Part shown: piece by piece, positions 1 to 14,644 of the stretch
How positions within the stretch are numbered: position 1 is the stretch's first letter
Layout: each line of letters starts with the position of its first letter
Assembly (NCBI RefSeq): GCF_009914755.1
Contig: NC_060926.1
Length of the DNA stretch: 64,000 nucleotides
Source: the human T2T-CHM13v2.0 reference genome, Homo sapiens
Direction: 5' to 3' (one strand)
Position numbers and translations under genes: made by a program
The notes under the pieces: model-generated
What the model saw: the letters and a program-made list of their open reading frames with translations, nothing else
What the model was told of the DNA's origin: nothing
The model's database searches: none

Positions 1-1289
1 AGAAGACGCTTGTTACCCTAAACTTGTTACTCTGTTCAGTGGCACTTGACAAGGATAAATAAGAAAAACTCCAACAGCAAGCAAGAGGGCAGGAAAGCAC
101 CACAATAGGTCCAGATGGGCTCTGTTCCTGGGATCTGCTCCCCTGGTTACAGTTTCCATAACTTTTCCTCCTTCCTCTGCTCTGACCCTCTCATTCTCTA
201 CAAGCACTGACAATGCCTTCTGTGGCAGCAGCATCTGGGCCTGGTTAGATGGGGAAAACTGGGGCAAGAGCAGCAGCCATTTGTATGTAGGGGAGGCTTA
301 TAATTAGAGACTGCCCTATTTGAAATGCATCAGGAAAATTGCAATTAGCAGATTCATTTATTAGATTTCTGTTATATTTCACTTGTGAAACACTTGGATT
401 AAGACCTTATGCCTTACAAATAATATCCTGCCAGGATTTAGTGAGAAAAGTATTTACTGAATCGGGATTCTGTATTGTGAAATACAGGGTCTATAATGTT
501 CAAAAACGTTTTTATTTATTCAGAGACACCAACATCAACAAAAGTAAATCTTATTTTTTAAAAAAGATTAGCCTGGACAAACTATATAAAGAGCCTCAAT
601 TTATTTTCTAATTACCTCATTCTTTTGCCAGATATTCTTAGCTGCTTTTGCAAGGATTTTACGTGTCCATTTAAATCAGAGTGAGTTCTGTGAGGACGCC
701 ATCCCACATACACAACAGAGCCCGGGCAATCTTTGCTAATCTGTTGCAACCAAGCTAGAATAATTCTTTCCTCTTACTGCATACACTCTTGCATACCACC
801 CAGGCCCCGAGTGGGTGAACCAATGCCAAGGAACAGGAAGATATTCCTGTTGGGAGATCAGGTACATCTCAAAGTTAATCGCTTTTATCCACAGCCCAAC
901 TACACCGCTTTCCAGTCATCTTGACAGCTGATAAATGGAGAATTAACATGCCTCTCACTTATAGCACCGGGGTTCATGCTGACAACTATGCTTAGTAGCA
1001 GAGATGCACACCTCAACGGACTCCATTTCTAACAGACAAAACTGAAATTTAATTTAGTCTTTGTGGTCTCCTAAATGTTCTCATTTCAAGTCTCAGAATG
1101 TAAAGAAGCACAGCAGATGATGCCAACACATATATAGGGCAGACCAAAGACAAGAGAGCTTGGCTTGCTGCATGATGACCCACGAGGCAGGGACAAAAAG
1201 GTCCTCATTTTGATGGCTATCCTGAATTGCTTACAATTAAACCAGCTTTGTGGGAAAAGCAAATTCTAAGAGTCATGAACTAGACTAGT

Positions 1290-1445
1290 TCTGGCTTTGC
1301 TACTGAATTAGTTATATGTAAGTCACTGATATTTTCTATGCCTCAATCTTCTTATCTATAAAATGGAAGTATTAGTACCTGTTATGCCTAATTCATAGCG
1401 TTGAAGAGAGAAAATGAGACAACTGAAGCGAATGTGTTCCTAAAA
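1290..1445 (+). mobile_element. MIR SINE fragment
   Basis: MIR core-like tgcctcaatcttcttatctataaaatggaagtattagtacc...atagcgttgaagag. Confidence 0.6.
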
Positions 1446-1727
1446 TTCTAAAGGCATGACCATAAGCCATTTAATACAGCAGGGCCAAAATCTTACTATA
1501 TTTTATTTTACTTACAAAGCCACCATAGTTTTATGACTTAGTAACAGCAAAGTTATTAAGCAAGTTAGAAATGGTTTTATTCTACACTTTGCGTTCTTAC
1601 TCGTCACTCTTCATTTTGTTCCCCTTCCAGAAAATAATGATGGTGGGAATTGCTTCTATGGTAAGGTTGCTAAATCTCAAGTAACTAAGCACAATATAAA
1701 GCTGTCGATTTTTTAAAAATGTACTCC

Positions 1728-2047
<320 letters not shown>

Positions 2048-3061
2048 TTAATCATGTCAGTAACTATGAGGGGGAAACTGCACATAAGAGTACTTAAATT
2101 CCTACCTCACTTAAAATATAACCAAAGGAAACACAGCCCAAAAAGCAGAAAAGGTTCAACAAATAAATCCTGCATACAGCATAAAGAGGGAAGTATCAGA
2201 AATGGTTCTTTCCGTCTCAACACCGTCTGCATCACAAAACCAGAGGCTAACAATGCAGTTTACAAAACTTAAGAGTCAAGGCTGTGTGAGAAAATTAATT
2301 TTTAAAAAACCTTAAAAGTATAACAGACTTTTAGAAAAGTATATAAATATAAATGACTGATTGACATCGTCTAGAACAAATGCCGCTACCCAGGTCAGTA
2401 CTGCAAAACTCCCTCCCTCCCAGCCACACACCCTCCTGGATCAGGGCCCCTGCTTCCCATCCCGTTGGAGTGCATATACTCCCAGTGTACAAGAGCTGGG
2501 CATGCCCTAGGGCTTCCAAAGTGTGGTCTTGTGGGGAGGGGAGCAGGACCCCTGGGAATCTCCAGACCCTTTCAGAGAGTCCACAAAGTTAAAACTATTT
2601 TCATTCTAGTTCTAAGATATTCTTTGCCTCTGTCACTGTTGACATCTGGGCTGGAAGAACTGCTAGTGCCTTGGCATGAACAAAGGCAGTACTAGCAGTC
2701 ATTGTATTCCTCTCCTCTACACACTAAAGAAAATATGCCAGTTTCACTTTAAAATGTCCTTGGTGAGGCAGAAGAAATATTACTTTTATTAAATCTCTAC
2801 CCGTGAATATATGTCTTTTTAATATTCTGTGTGACAAAATGGGAGAGCACACACAAAGCCCTTCTGCCGCACACCGAGGTAGGAAGTTTGCCTGGAGGAA
2901 AAAAGCACTGGGGCGGTTGTTTGCTTTTGAGCTGACATAGTTGCTTTTATCACAGAACACCATTTCTACCTGAAGGAATGACAGTCAGACAAACTATGGT
3001 TATTCCAGTGTGAGTATCTGGCAGACAAGTGAACCTATCACTTGAAGAAAAATAACCGACA

Positions 3062-3378
3062 GGCTGGATATGGTGTCTCACACTTGTAATCCCAGTGTTT
3101 TGGGAGGCTGACACAGAAGGATCGCTTGAGGTCAGAAGCACAAGACCAGCCTGGCAACATAGTGGGACCCTGTCTCTACAAAAAAAATTTTTTTTAATTA
3201 GCTCAATGTGATGGCGTGTGCCTGTAGTCCCAGCTACTCAGGAGGCTGAGACAGAAGGATGGCTGAGCCCAGGAGTTTGAGGTTTACAGTGAGCTACGAT
3301 CACACCACTGCACTCCAGCCTGGGTGACAGAGCAAGTCCCTGTATCTAAAAAATTAAAAAGTTAAATAAAAAAATAAA
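3062..3378 (+). mobile_element. Alu (AluJ-like)
   Basis: Diverged dimeric Alu with J-type gcccaggagtttgaggtttacagtgagcta. Confidence 0.9.
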
Positions 3379-3489
3379 GCTGGAAACCAACTGACAGTTG
3401 GTGCCAGTGAAATTCAGGCTTTCAAGTGAAAATTAATTTTGGAAAACATGTCTGCCACTACGAGCTTGACAGTTTCCTAATACTTAAAC

Positions 3490-3536
3490 ACTTTTTTAGT
3501 AAAAAGCTATAGAAATGATCCCTGAAAGTATAGCTT
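3490..3536 (-). pseudogene. Truncated (tailless) U3 snoRNA retropseudogene, 5' ~47 nt
   Basis: Reverse complement contains CTATACTTTCAGGGATCATTTCTATAG, the U3 5' end; flanked by direct repeat tact(t)aaacacttt at 3481-3494 and 3537-3549. Confidence 0.85.
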
Positions 3537-4280
3537 TACTAAACACTTTCCTAATGAGATCAGTGGTAAAGTTACAGAATGTGATATTTTAATATTGTAT
3601 AATGAACTGTGTCAACAATGGAAAGATCTACATAACTCAGTAAACTAATGTTTCCAAATAATCAATGTATGATATTACAAAATCATACATAAGTAAAAAC
3701 CTACTCAGCATGCAAGGTAAACCAAATATTTTAATGTAATAAATATTAAAAGTTCACTGATATGGATTCAGATTTCACACTGCCACCAACCTTTCAAACT
3801 ACCATTTGTCAAAGTTTTAATTAAGTATCAAAAAGGAATATCTACAATTATTTAAAAGGTTATGAAAATACTCCTCCTTTTTCCAAACTACATAGCTGTG
3901 TGAGGCCACATTTTCTTTATATGCTTCAAACAAAACAACACATCACAACTGCTTGAATGCAAAAGCAGATGTGACAATCCAGCTGTCTTTTATTAAGCCA
4001 GACAGTAAACTGATTTACAAAACTGTAAAACAATGCCACTCTTTCTACTAATTTTTTTATGTTTTGGTAAAATGGTATTTTTCTTTCAAAAATTGTTATT
4101 TATATTAACACATAATAGGTTTTTAAATGAATAATATTTTTAAATGTCTCCATTTTGTACTATGGTAGATATCAACAGATATTATCCATATAAACAAAAG
4201 TTCTTTGAGGTCCTCAGTAATTTTTAAAAGTGTAGAGGAGATCAAGTGTCAAGTGAGATCAAAGGTATGAGGAACTGCTG

Positions 4281-4750
4281 CTTTAGGGTATAAACCTAGG
4301 AGTAAAACTGCTGGATCACAGGGTATCTTATCTCCAGCTGTATGAGACACTGGTAAACATGGTTGTACCAGTCTACACTCCCACCAGTAGTTATTTATAT
4401 ATTCTGAATATGGGTCGTTTGTCTCTTGTGTTCTACATACTTTTCCCAATCTGTCTTTGAGTGAATAGAAGCTCGTCAACAGAAGTCAAACTTATCAGTC
4501 TTTTCCTTAATGGTCAGTCTTGTTTATGAAATCTTTCTCTATCCCTAACTCTATATTCCTAATATAGAGTTTTTTCTAAAAGTTTTATTTTAGAAGAATG
4601 AGTCACGGAATCATTTAGGTGGGCTACAATCAGCATTTTTAAAATATAAACTACCTTTGAATATAACAGAAAATAGCAGAATGCTTTGCACATAGTGAGG
4701 ATGAGTATCATTTCAAGGAAATGTATTGCTTTGCATTTCATAGTTAGATC
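4281..4750 (-). mobile_element. Old L1 (L1M) fragment
   Basis: Antisense L1-like motifs (gggtataaacctaggagtaaaactgctggatcac, ctacactcccaccag); ORF 4249-4479 has WWECRLVQP / PCDPAVLLLGLYPK resembling L1 ORF2p C-terminus. Confidence 0.7.
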
Positions 4751-4955
4751 CCTGCTACTACTTACTTATTAGTTATTAAGGATCTCTTTGGGCTTCCAAC
4801 TATGGCAAGGAACTCTGCCACTCTTCTCTGCATTTTCATGTCACATTCAGAAGTCATCCTGTACTACTGTTACTAAGTTTCCATCTGAATCTTCAAGAGA
4901 CAGAAGGTTATAGGTTCAAATGTTTCAACAGAAAATTAAAAACTGGAGACCTTAG

Positions 4956-5258
<303 letters not shown>

Positions 5259-5749
5259 GTGAGCCACTGCGCCTGGCCAGAGTTTTTCAACTGATTCCTG
5301 GATAGGTAAAGATATCATCCATCCTTTTACAATATCACAATGATCACGAATACTGCCACAATAAAGCTTTCAAGAAAGCTGTATTGATGTTTTGTTTTAA
5401 GAGAGAACTGAAAGCACTTTCGGACATTTTCTAGGTCCACAGAATTTCACTATTTCTCAGCAAAAGGTAAATCCAAAACAAAGAGGAGGGAAGCTGATAG
5501 CACAGGGCACTTGTTCTAACTTGCTTGACTTTATAAAGGGCTGAGGAGAGGCTCCAGAACATTCCTCAGTAGGAAAGCTGCTGCCATCTCCACCGTGGGA
5601 ACTGGGAAGGACATTCACGTCACATATTTGTCACCCTTGAGTCCCTAGTATCTTTCTAGAATGTAAGTTATTCCTTCAAGACTCAACAAATATCTATACC
5701 CAAATATCTACTGACACATGAACTTACCTGATACTTTTAATGTCTTGCG

Positions 5750-5997
5750 CAGTATTTTTCAAACTACAGATCATTATACACTGAGTCATGAGATCATTTA
5801 GATGAGTTACAGTCAGAATTTTTTAAAAATGAACTACCTTTGAATATAATAGAAAATAGCAGAATGCCTTGTACATAGTAAGGATGAGTATTGTTTCAAG
5901 AAAATTTTTCTCAATCAAACCTGTGTCTATATGTGTGTCTCAATGTAAAATACATTTCTTACTGTGGGTTTCTGTCCAAACATTTGAAAGGCACTAG
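5750..5997. mobile_element. Short hAT-Charlie-type MITE
   Basis: Terminal inverted repeats cagtatttttcaaac ... catttgaaaggcactag around a ~250 bp AT-rich interior. Confidence 0.55.
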
Positions 5998-6647
5998 TTG
6001 GGCACACTGTACTGAGCATACATGCTGGGTAATTTTCTGCCCAGCAACTATCTCTTATCCAGGGAAATAGCCACCCAGCCACTTATAGTCATATAGGCAA
6101 ACACACGTGTCACCATATTTCTATGTGACCCTCACCTCATGAGTTACTTGCTTACAATTTTTTTTAACTTGGCAGTCACAGAACTTTTCAGTAACAGAAG
6201 CTATAGGATAAATTGCTGGTGGCCATGTTTCCAGCCAAACGGAGAAATGTCTGCTCTGAGAAGGAATGGAATAAACATGCAGAAAGAGGCAGAGATGAAA
6301 GATGGAGATAATTCTGGCCCTACTGAGGCCAGTTGCATTACTGCTCTTCCCACAGTTTGGTGGCCCAATTCTTTCCTAGATCCTGTAAGCCAGTAAGTCC
6401 CCATTTTCCACTAAGTTACTTTCATAGGCTTCTGATGCTTTCAATCAAATATATATGCAACGCCTGTTTTTGTCTAAAGACTTGGGGGCTGAAGTGATGA
6501 ACTGAAAATTTCAATCCCAATAAATAATAAACACATTATTGTCCTAAAATTCATGAACCTCCCTGTCCTCACCACACTCCATTTATCATGGAAAAGGGAA
6601 AACTGGAACAATTCATTAAAAGCTACAAATATAAAAAGATTATTGCC

Positions 6648-6953
<306 letters not shown>

Positions 6954-7169
6954 TCAACTGTCATCTTCACTACTATAATGAAATAAAAAATATTTTGGGG
7001 TAAACATGGTAAGTGGAGGTGGAATCCTCAAACCTTCTTTGGCAAAGTTCATGTATGCACTATTTATAATATTTTACTTCTGTCTCTGGCCTGATTTAAA
7101 GCCAGTGAGACACATTATGGTAGTTAGGTACTGCACAATCCTTTATCAATAGAGTGTCTTTATTTTTTA

Positions 7170-7501
<332 letters not shown>

Positions 7502-9019
7502 TTAGGCCCTGGAGAACTAACTGAGGGCAAAATCACCTGATTATAGCCAAATACTGCTGACTGAGAGGCAGAAACCTGAGTAAATGAAAAGAGGTTGGCT
7601 AAAAGGCAAAAATGGAAGCTAAGTATGATCCACGCAAAGCAAGCAGGATACTGAATGCGTTTTTGTAAGTTAAAGAGAAACTCATCCCTCTAAGAATGTA
7701 ACACAGCTTCCTCCCATACCTGCTTTATTGGAGACTAGTTTGCCCTTGAAATTTACAATCCAGCTGCCTTTGTGTATATCTGAATATTTCAAGCAGAGTA
7801 CTGTGAAAACTGACCCACTTATACAATGCAGTTTGTTTAGTTTGGGAAGCAACTATTGAGAAAGACAAACTTAATTCTGGTGCAAATTAGGTCTGTAAAG
7901 GCATTCTGTGAGTGTTCATTGGCAAAGTGATCTCTTTCATATAATGGCACTTGTAATTATTCTGATCAATTTTGCATTCCCTATCAATTCATCTTGACTT
8001 GGAGACAGCCCAAATTATCAGGGGTGCATTCAGAAAGGCTCTCCAGGTTGTCGGCTGATCAGTGCTGAGGGAAGGCCATGAAACATGTGGCTTGCTCACC
8101 ATCAGCTCTTTGAAAATGTATTTTAAGGAGTTCAAAGTTATTAGCAGAGCTTTTATAATAAGATATGAGTAATATGGGATTTTCTAAGTTAAAACTTTTA
8201 GGGGCAAGACCTAAAGAGAAACTTGGTGCTAACAATCACAGTTTGATTTGCTTTTAATCTTATACTTCAGCTTCTCAGGGATGGGTGGCATTATTCCAAA
8301 AGTTCCAAAGTGGCCACAGTTGCTATTTTTCTACAAATAGGAGATCATATAAGAACATATAAGAAAGGGCTTCTTCATAAATGTTTCCAGATGACCAAGA
8401 CCAAATTTGGATTATCTATGACATTCTTAGTCTTTTAAATGGCTGAAGACTTAGCACTAGGTGCATTTTCTCCTGGATTAAGTCTCTCCCACTAGATCCA
8501 AAAGTCCTCCAGAGCTGGTTCCACACAGGGCTTTGCACAGAGTAGATACTCAGGAATATCTGCTAGAATCTCAAGTCAAATTAGCTCTTGAGACAAGAAC
8601 TGTACCTCTGTTGAAGGAGGTGTACTTTAACAGAAAGAACACAATGGTCTGAGTTTGAGGAAGTGGGCCCTAGTCTTTGCAATTAACTGGAGTTTCACTT
8701 TCCTTATGAAGGGCTTTACTCTAGATTTAGATATATACACATATTTGAACCAAATGGTCCCTAAGGTTCATTCAGCATGGTTCTAAGTAAGAAATAACAA
8801 GGCTCCTCTTTTATTCAATTATTGACTTCAAAGTCAATCAAGAAGCTACCCTTTGACGGTATATATGTTCTTATTGTGAGTAACATGGAATGGCCACTGA
8901 GGAAGATTTTTAGACGGTGATTTTCTGTGTAAATATGAGAATGACAGGGAAGACAGGAAGCTAGATGCTATCAAAGTGCTGGTTGCATGGTGGAGGGAAT
9001 ACTGGAGCAGGATGGCTCT

Positions 9020-9200
9020 AATGACTACTAGCTGTATGCCCTTGGACAAGCTGTAAACTCTCAGAAGTCTGTTTCCTCATTTGTAAAATGGGAGACAATA
9101 CCTCACAAGGTGGTTGTGGCTGTGGGTGTTAAATAGGATAATGCTCATGAGAGCACTTACAAACTGCAAGGCACCATACAAATACAGATGGTATTATTCC
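9020..9200 (+). mobile_element. MIR SINE fragment
   Basis: ctgtttcctcatttgtaaaatgggagacaatacctcacaaggtggttgtg MIR core. Confidence 0.7.
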
Positions 9201-10014
9201 TTGTACCAACCTGCCAAAAACGGTTTTTTCAACAAACTCTGAAGTATTAAAATAAAAAGCTAATGTTTTCCCCAAGAACTAAAATTGAAATTCTTTGTTT
9301 TCTGCTCATATTATATCTAGGTGTGGAGTGGACAGCAAGACAACTTAAGAGTTAAAATCTAAGCCCAGCGTGGCTCTCCAGCTGGTCTACCACTGACTTC
9401 GGTTATCTAACATCTGGCCTCTGCCCTTACTACTATTAGTTTACAATTACAAACAACCTCAGGCAGTGCTGAGAAACTCCATTGCCTGTTAGATGATAAG
9501 CTGGGGCACTTTAGGAATTGTTTTGCTTTGTTTTGTTTTTAACTTAAAGCTGGTTTGGGCAGACCCCCTGCTGCCATTCCTGTAAGAATAGGTGTGGGTT
9601 TCCCCAAGGGCAGTGTTGGGGAAGACCCGGACTGGCATGCATGCTGCACTGGCTGATTTCTGCACTGCATTCCACAAGGTGCCCACAGCACTGCAAGGGC
9701 TGCCCTCTGCTTGAGCTCCTGCATGGCTGCTCCCTGCATGAGTAGCTTACGGCACGGCTGCTCCTTGCATGGGCAGCTCCAGCAAGGCCAGCACAATGCA
9801 TTGCACGGGCCGCTCCCTGCACGCACCACTCCACGCTCACAGCAGCCCCAGACTTTGAGACTTTAACTGCAGAACAGAAGTGAGAGGCTTCGGCTGGCAG
9901 CTGTTAGTTGCTCCTTATTCTTTGTCACTCACAGAAAAAAGAGAAAGATGGTAAGAAGGCAGTGACTTGTTTTCTTTGTTTCTTCATAAATGGAGGCTTT
10001 AAGAATATTCTATA

Positions 10015-10337
<323 letters not shown>

Positions 10338-10427
10338 TCAGCCTGCTGTAATTTTAGTATCATCGTTTAAAGGCAAAACATTTTTTCCATTTAATGCAAT
10401 AAAATGCAAAATAAATAGCCCTTTTAG

Positions 10428-10850
<423 letters not shown>

Positions 10851-13800
10851 TAACTTCTGATTATCACAGCTTTATTTAAAACTCTTTTTTTTGAGTGCTT
10901 GCTATCTGCCAAAGTACATTTTAAAAAGCCGTTTATTTTTTAAAACTACATTTGCTTTATGTATAGGATGTTAATACATTTTCAGTCTAGGGTAAACTAA
11001 AATCAACATAAATTTGTATTCCCTAAACATACACCTCCCAGGTGAGCTGCTCCAAGTTCCGGGCATTCAGCAGAGAAGGTCCACATACTTCACTATGGAT
11101 AATCCACAGATATCTAAGCACTCTTCCTGCCTATTCTTAATGTCACCCTGAAAAACTAACTTAGTCACAAACAGAAAACCAAGAGCTACCTACAGCCTGA
11201 AGTATTCCCAAATCATATATGCAACTATATAAATCATGGAAGGTAATAGTTCTTTTTCTACTTTTTGTAACTGCCTGAAAATAAACCAGAAGTGGGCACA
11301 TGAGAAAAGACAACTATTTCATATAACAAATAAGTTATATTTTCACCAGTGGCTATTCAACTTTCTCCTCCTCCCCCAATAAAATTCTGATTTCTAACTA
11401 ATAGAGCAGTCCTTTCATGTTGGTTTTGTCTCTTCCAGTTAACAACACAAAAGAATTACGACGATTCATCCTCTCAATTTTATGTAGCTTTCAGAAGCCA
11501 AATGAGCAACAGGATCATCTTGTTAATAAATCTTTCCAATTAAGTTGTGAGTGTAGGCTTATGTTAGATTTTTCAAAGGCTCTCTCAGAAGCAGAGGAGT
11601 GGGTTACCTTATTGTCTAGGAGTTCCCAAATGCAGAAAGAGTGTATCTGATGTTAATGCACAGATGTCTTGACTGGGGAAAAAAAGAAAACTCATAAATC
11701 ACCACCCCACACATTTTAGATGGGAGAGGAAATAGCAGAATGGAACAATTAACAATTACTATTCTACAGAAATTATTTAATATAGTGGAAAGAGAGACAA
11801 GGCAGGGTTTAGAAGGCCTGAATTTCAGTCATTCCACCACCACTTACTAACTTTTTTATTCTCTGGACTTGAATTGGCACATTTCTAACATAGGAATAGC
11901 CACAATTCTCTTGCTGATCACACAGATTTGTTGTTGGGATTACATGTGAAAATTCACAGATAAGTATTTTAAAAACAGTTTTAAAGGGCTACTCCAGTAT
12001 TTCTGACATTAACAAATTTCTCTGCATTGCATTCACTCAAGCGTGACTGAAGATGATCAAAGCCAGCCCTTCCACAGCTCTGTCAATTGGGAATCTCTGA
12101 AGTGGGTCTGCTATCACCACTGCATGGGGTGACGTCAGGCTGTTGTTTACAGGAGAAGAGAGGCTGCCAATTTCCACTGAGCCCAAGACCTCTATGGCCA
12201 GGCTTCTCAGTCTGCACGTGAGCAAGAATGGACTCTTTATGCGTGGCATGTGTGGACATGCACCAGTTCACGTTCAGCGGCACTAAAACAACAAAACTGC
12301 TTAACTGCTTGGTGTACACAACAGCATGTACTTTGGATCTTACGATTTCACTAAGAAGACTAAGCAAAATTGATCAAAATGCAACTTTCACTTTTGTTAC
12401 TCTGAAAGCGGGGAAAACCTGTCATTCGGCAACTTTATCCTCAGTTTGATTTTTTAAAAGCATTTTGAAAGCAAAACAGTTGATTCTAGTTTTTACAGAA
12501 CTCTCCTCAAGCTCTACATTCACTAACAAAAGAACTATGGACAAAATATTTCAAAGCATGAAATATATTCAGACTGCAGTAACCAAGTTTTATAGGAACC
12601 ACTTCATTTTCAGAGTGGTTGCAGTTGCTTCCTCCTATAAGTTCAGGAAGTACTCACTCAAGTACTAACATAGTTTAACTGAATCCACTTTGGGGAGATA
12701 TTTTGTTACATTTATTACTATAAACAGGAAAAAAATCTGGCTTATTAACATTTGCCCATTCATGAAATTTCCTGGCAGAAAGCAGCCTGTTAAATCAAAT
12801 TTAGAGGGCAAAAAAGAAAATAGGGGCTGCTTTCATTATAATCTTTCTTCAACTATCCATCACCTTCTGGGACAGCAGTCAAATCAGGAATAATATGGGA
12901 GCGGATCGTGTTTATAACTGGCAATGAAACTTTACCTCAGACAATAAATCTCGTGTAAATCCTAACACTGGAACACTGAAGAAGAGATGTGGGAAATATT
13001 CTTGGTCCCTGGAAATTAGTTTCTTTGGTCCTGTTTTAAGTGTAGCTGAAGAAAGGAGAAACTATGGCTCAGGAATAAAATGAAGCCCAGAAAGAATCCC
13101 AAGTTCTGTTTTTGGCTCTGCAGTTCATTACATATAATCCTAGGTCAAACACTTAGCCAAGATGGGCCTTATTCTCAGTGTATGAGAAATGGTGATGATA
13201 ATAGAAAATACTACTTTTCAATTTTTAAGAGGACATAAGAAAAAAAGAAGACAACGAGTGAAAGTTTTATGCAACATTACATTACAGGAACTAGAAAAGA
13301 ACAGAAACATGGACTGCGCATCCAGCCGGACCCTGGCCATCTCCTCTGAGAGCTGCGGAGGAGAACTCACTAAATAAGGGGGAAGTGCCATGAGCACTTC
13401 CTTCATTTTATAGTTAGACGTAACAGGAGCATAAAAAGTATGACACCAGTTCAACTTTTTCAGGGTTGGTGCCAGCAAGTAACATTAGCCACATATCCTA
13501 AACACGTCAAGAAACCTAAAGAGCTATCTATCCCAGGGTTCCTCCCCAACATAAGTGCTAATCCAGATGCCAAACACCTTTGTAGAAAAATGTGGAAGTA
13601 GTTTCAGATTATACTTGAAAATGGCTGTCATCAGCTTCATTCCTTTATGTGGTGAAAGACACCTGAATACACGAATCAATGATGATGTGAAACAATGATA
13701 GCAAAAAGGCGGCAGGCAGGAGCATTAATAGTCTCAGTTAGGAATGCTTCAAATGAGCAGGAATTTTATCGACTGAACAAAGCAATGATTAGAGCAGAGC

Positions 13801-14356
13801 TTCACACGTTTGGAGCCAGTACAAAGTTCATGAACTCTATCTTTAAAAGAATAAAACCTCACATAAAGTAAAGCAGTCAACTTGTCAGTCAAGGCAATCA
13901 GTAAGAGGAATAGTAAGAGAAACTGAATTGACAGGAACCCTTATTCTTAATATTTGCCCCTATCCAACTTTTACTTAAAATTCTAAAACTGGCTATTTCG
14001 ACTTTACTTTTCTAATCTTTTCTGTTTGTCAAATTGACAGGATCACTGAAAGCAATTATAAACGCACACAAAGAAAATAGGAGGACATGTGAAGAATAGA
14101 CATTTATAACTGGGTTGACCAAGGGCCCGAGTTCCCACTTGACACCCCATGGCGAAACTGCTTGTTGCACTCCAGTACATCAAAGCATCATGTGCTCAAT
14201 GGTGTGATAGTTAGAAAAGTCATAATACACTTGCTTACTATACATTTGCTACATAAACTGCCTCTCCAGGAGCACAAAGGGTTCCAAGAACTCACTACAT
14301 GAACGCTGATAGGTGACTGTAAGCACTGAATCACTTTAGCTTCAAAGACACACCTA

Positions 14357-14644
<288 letters not shown>

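Larger units (their letters stand above)
2511..4280 (+). mobile_element. hAT-Charlie DNA transposon fossil (Charlie1a-like), interrupted by an Alu and a U3 fragment
   Basis: Termini resemble Charlie1 consensus: ccagaccctttcagagagtccacaaagttaaaactattttca... and taaacaaaagttctttgaggtcctcagtaatttttaaaagtgtagagg...gaactgctg. Confidence 0.75.

Noticed and set aside
5722-5730. Perfect minus-strand donor CAG|GTAAGT
   Set aside because: I could not pair it with a convincing upstream acceptor; isolated consensus donors are common in long introns.
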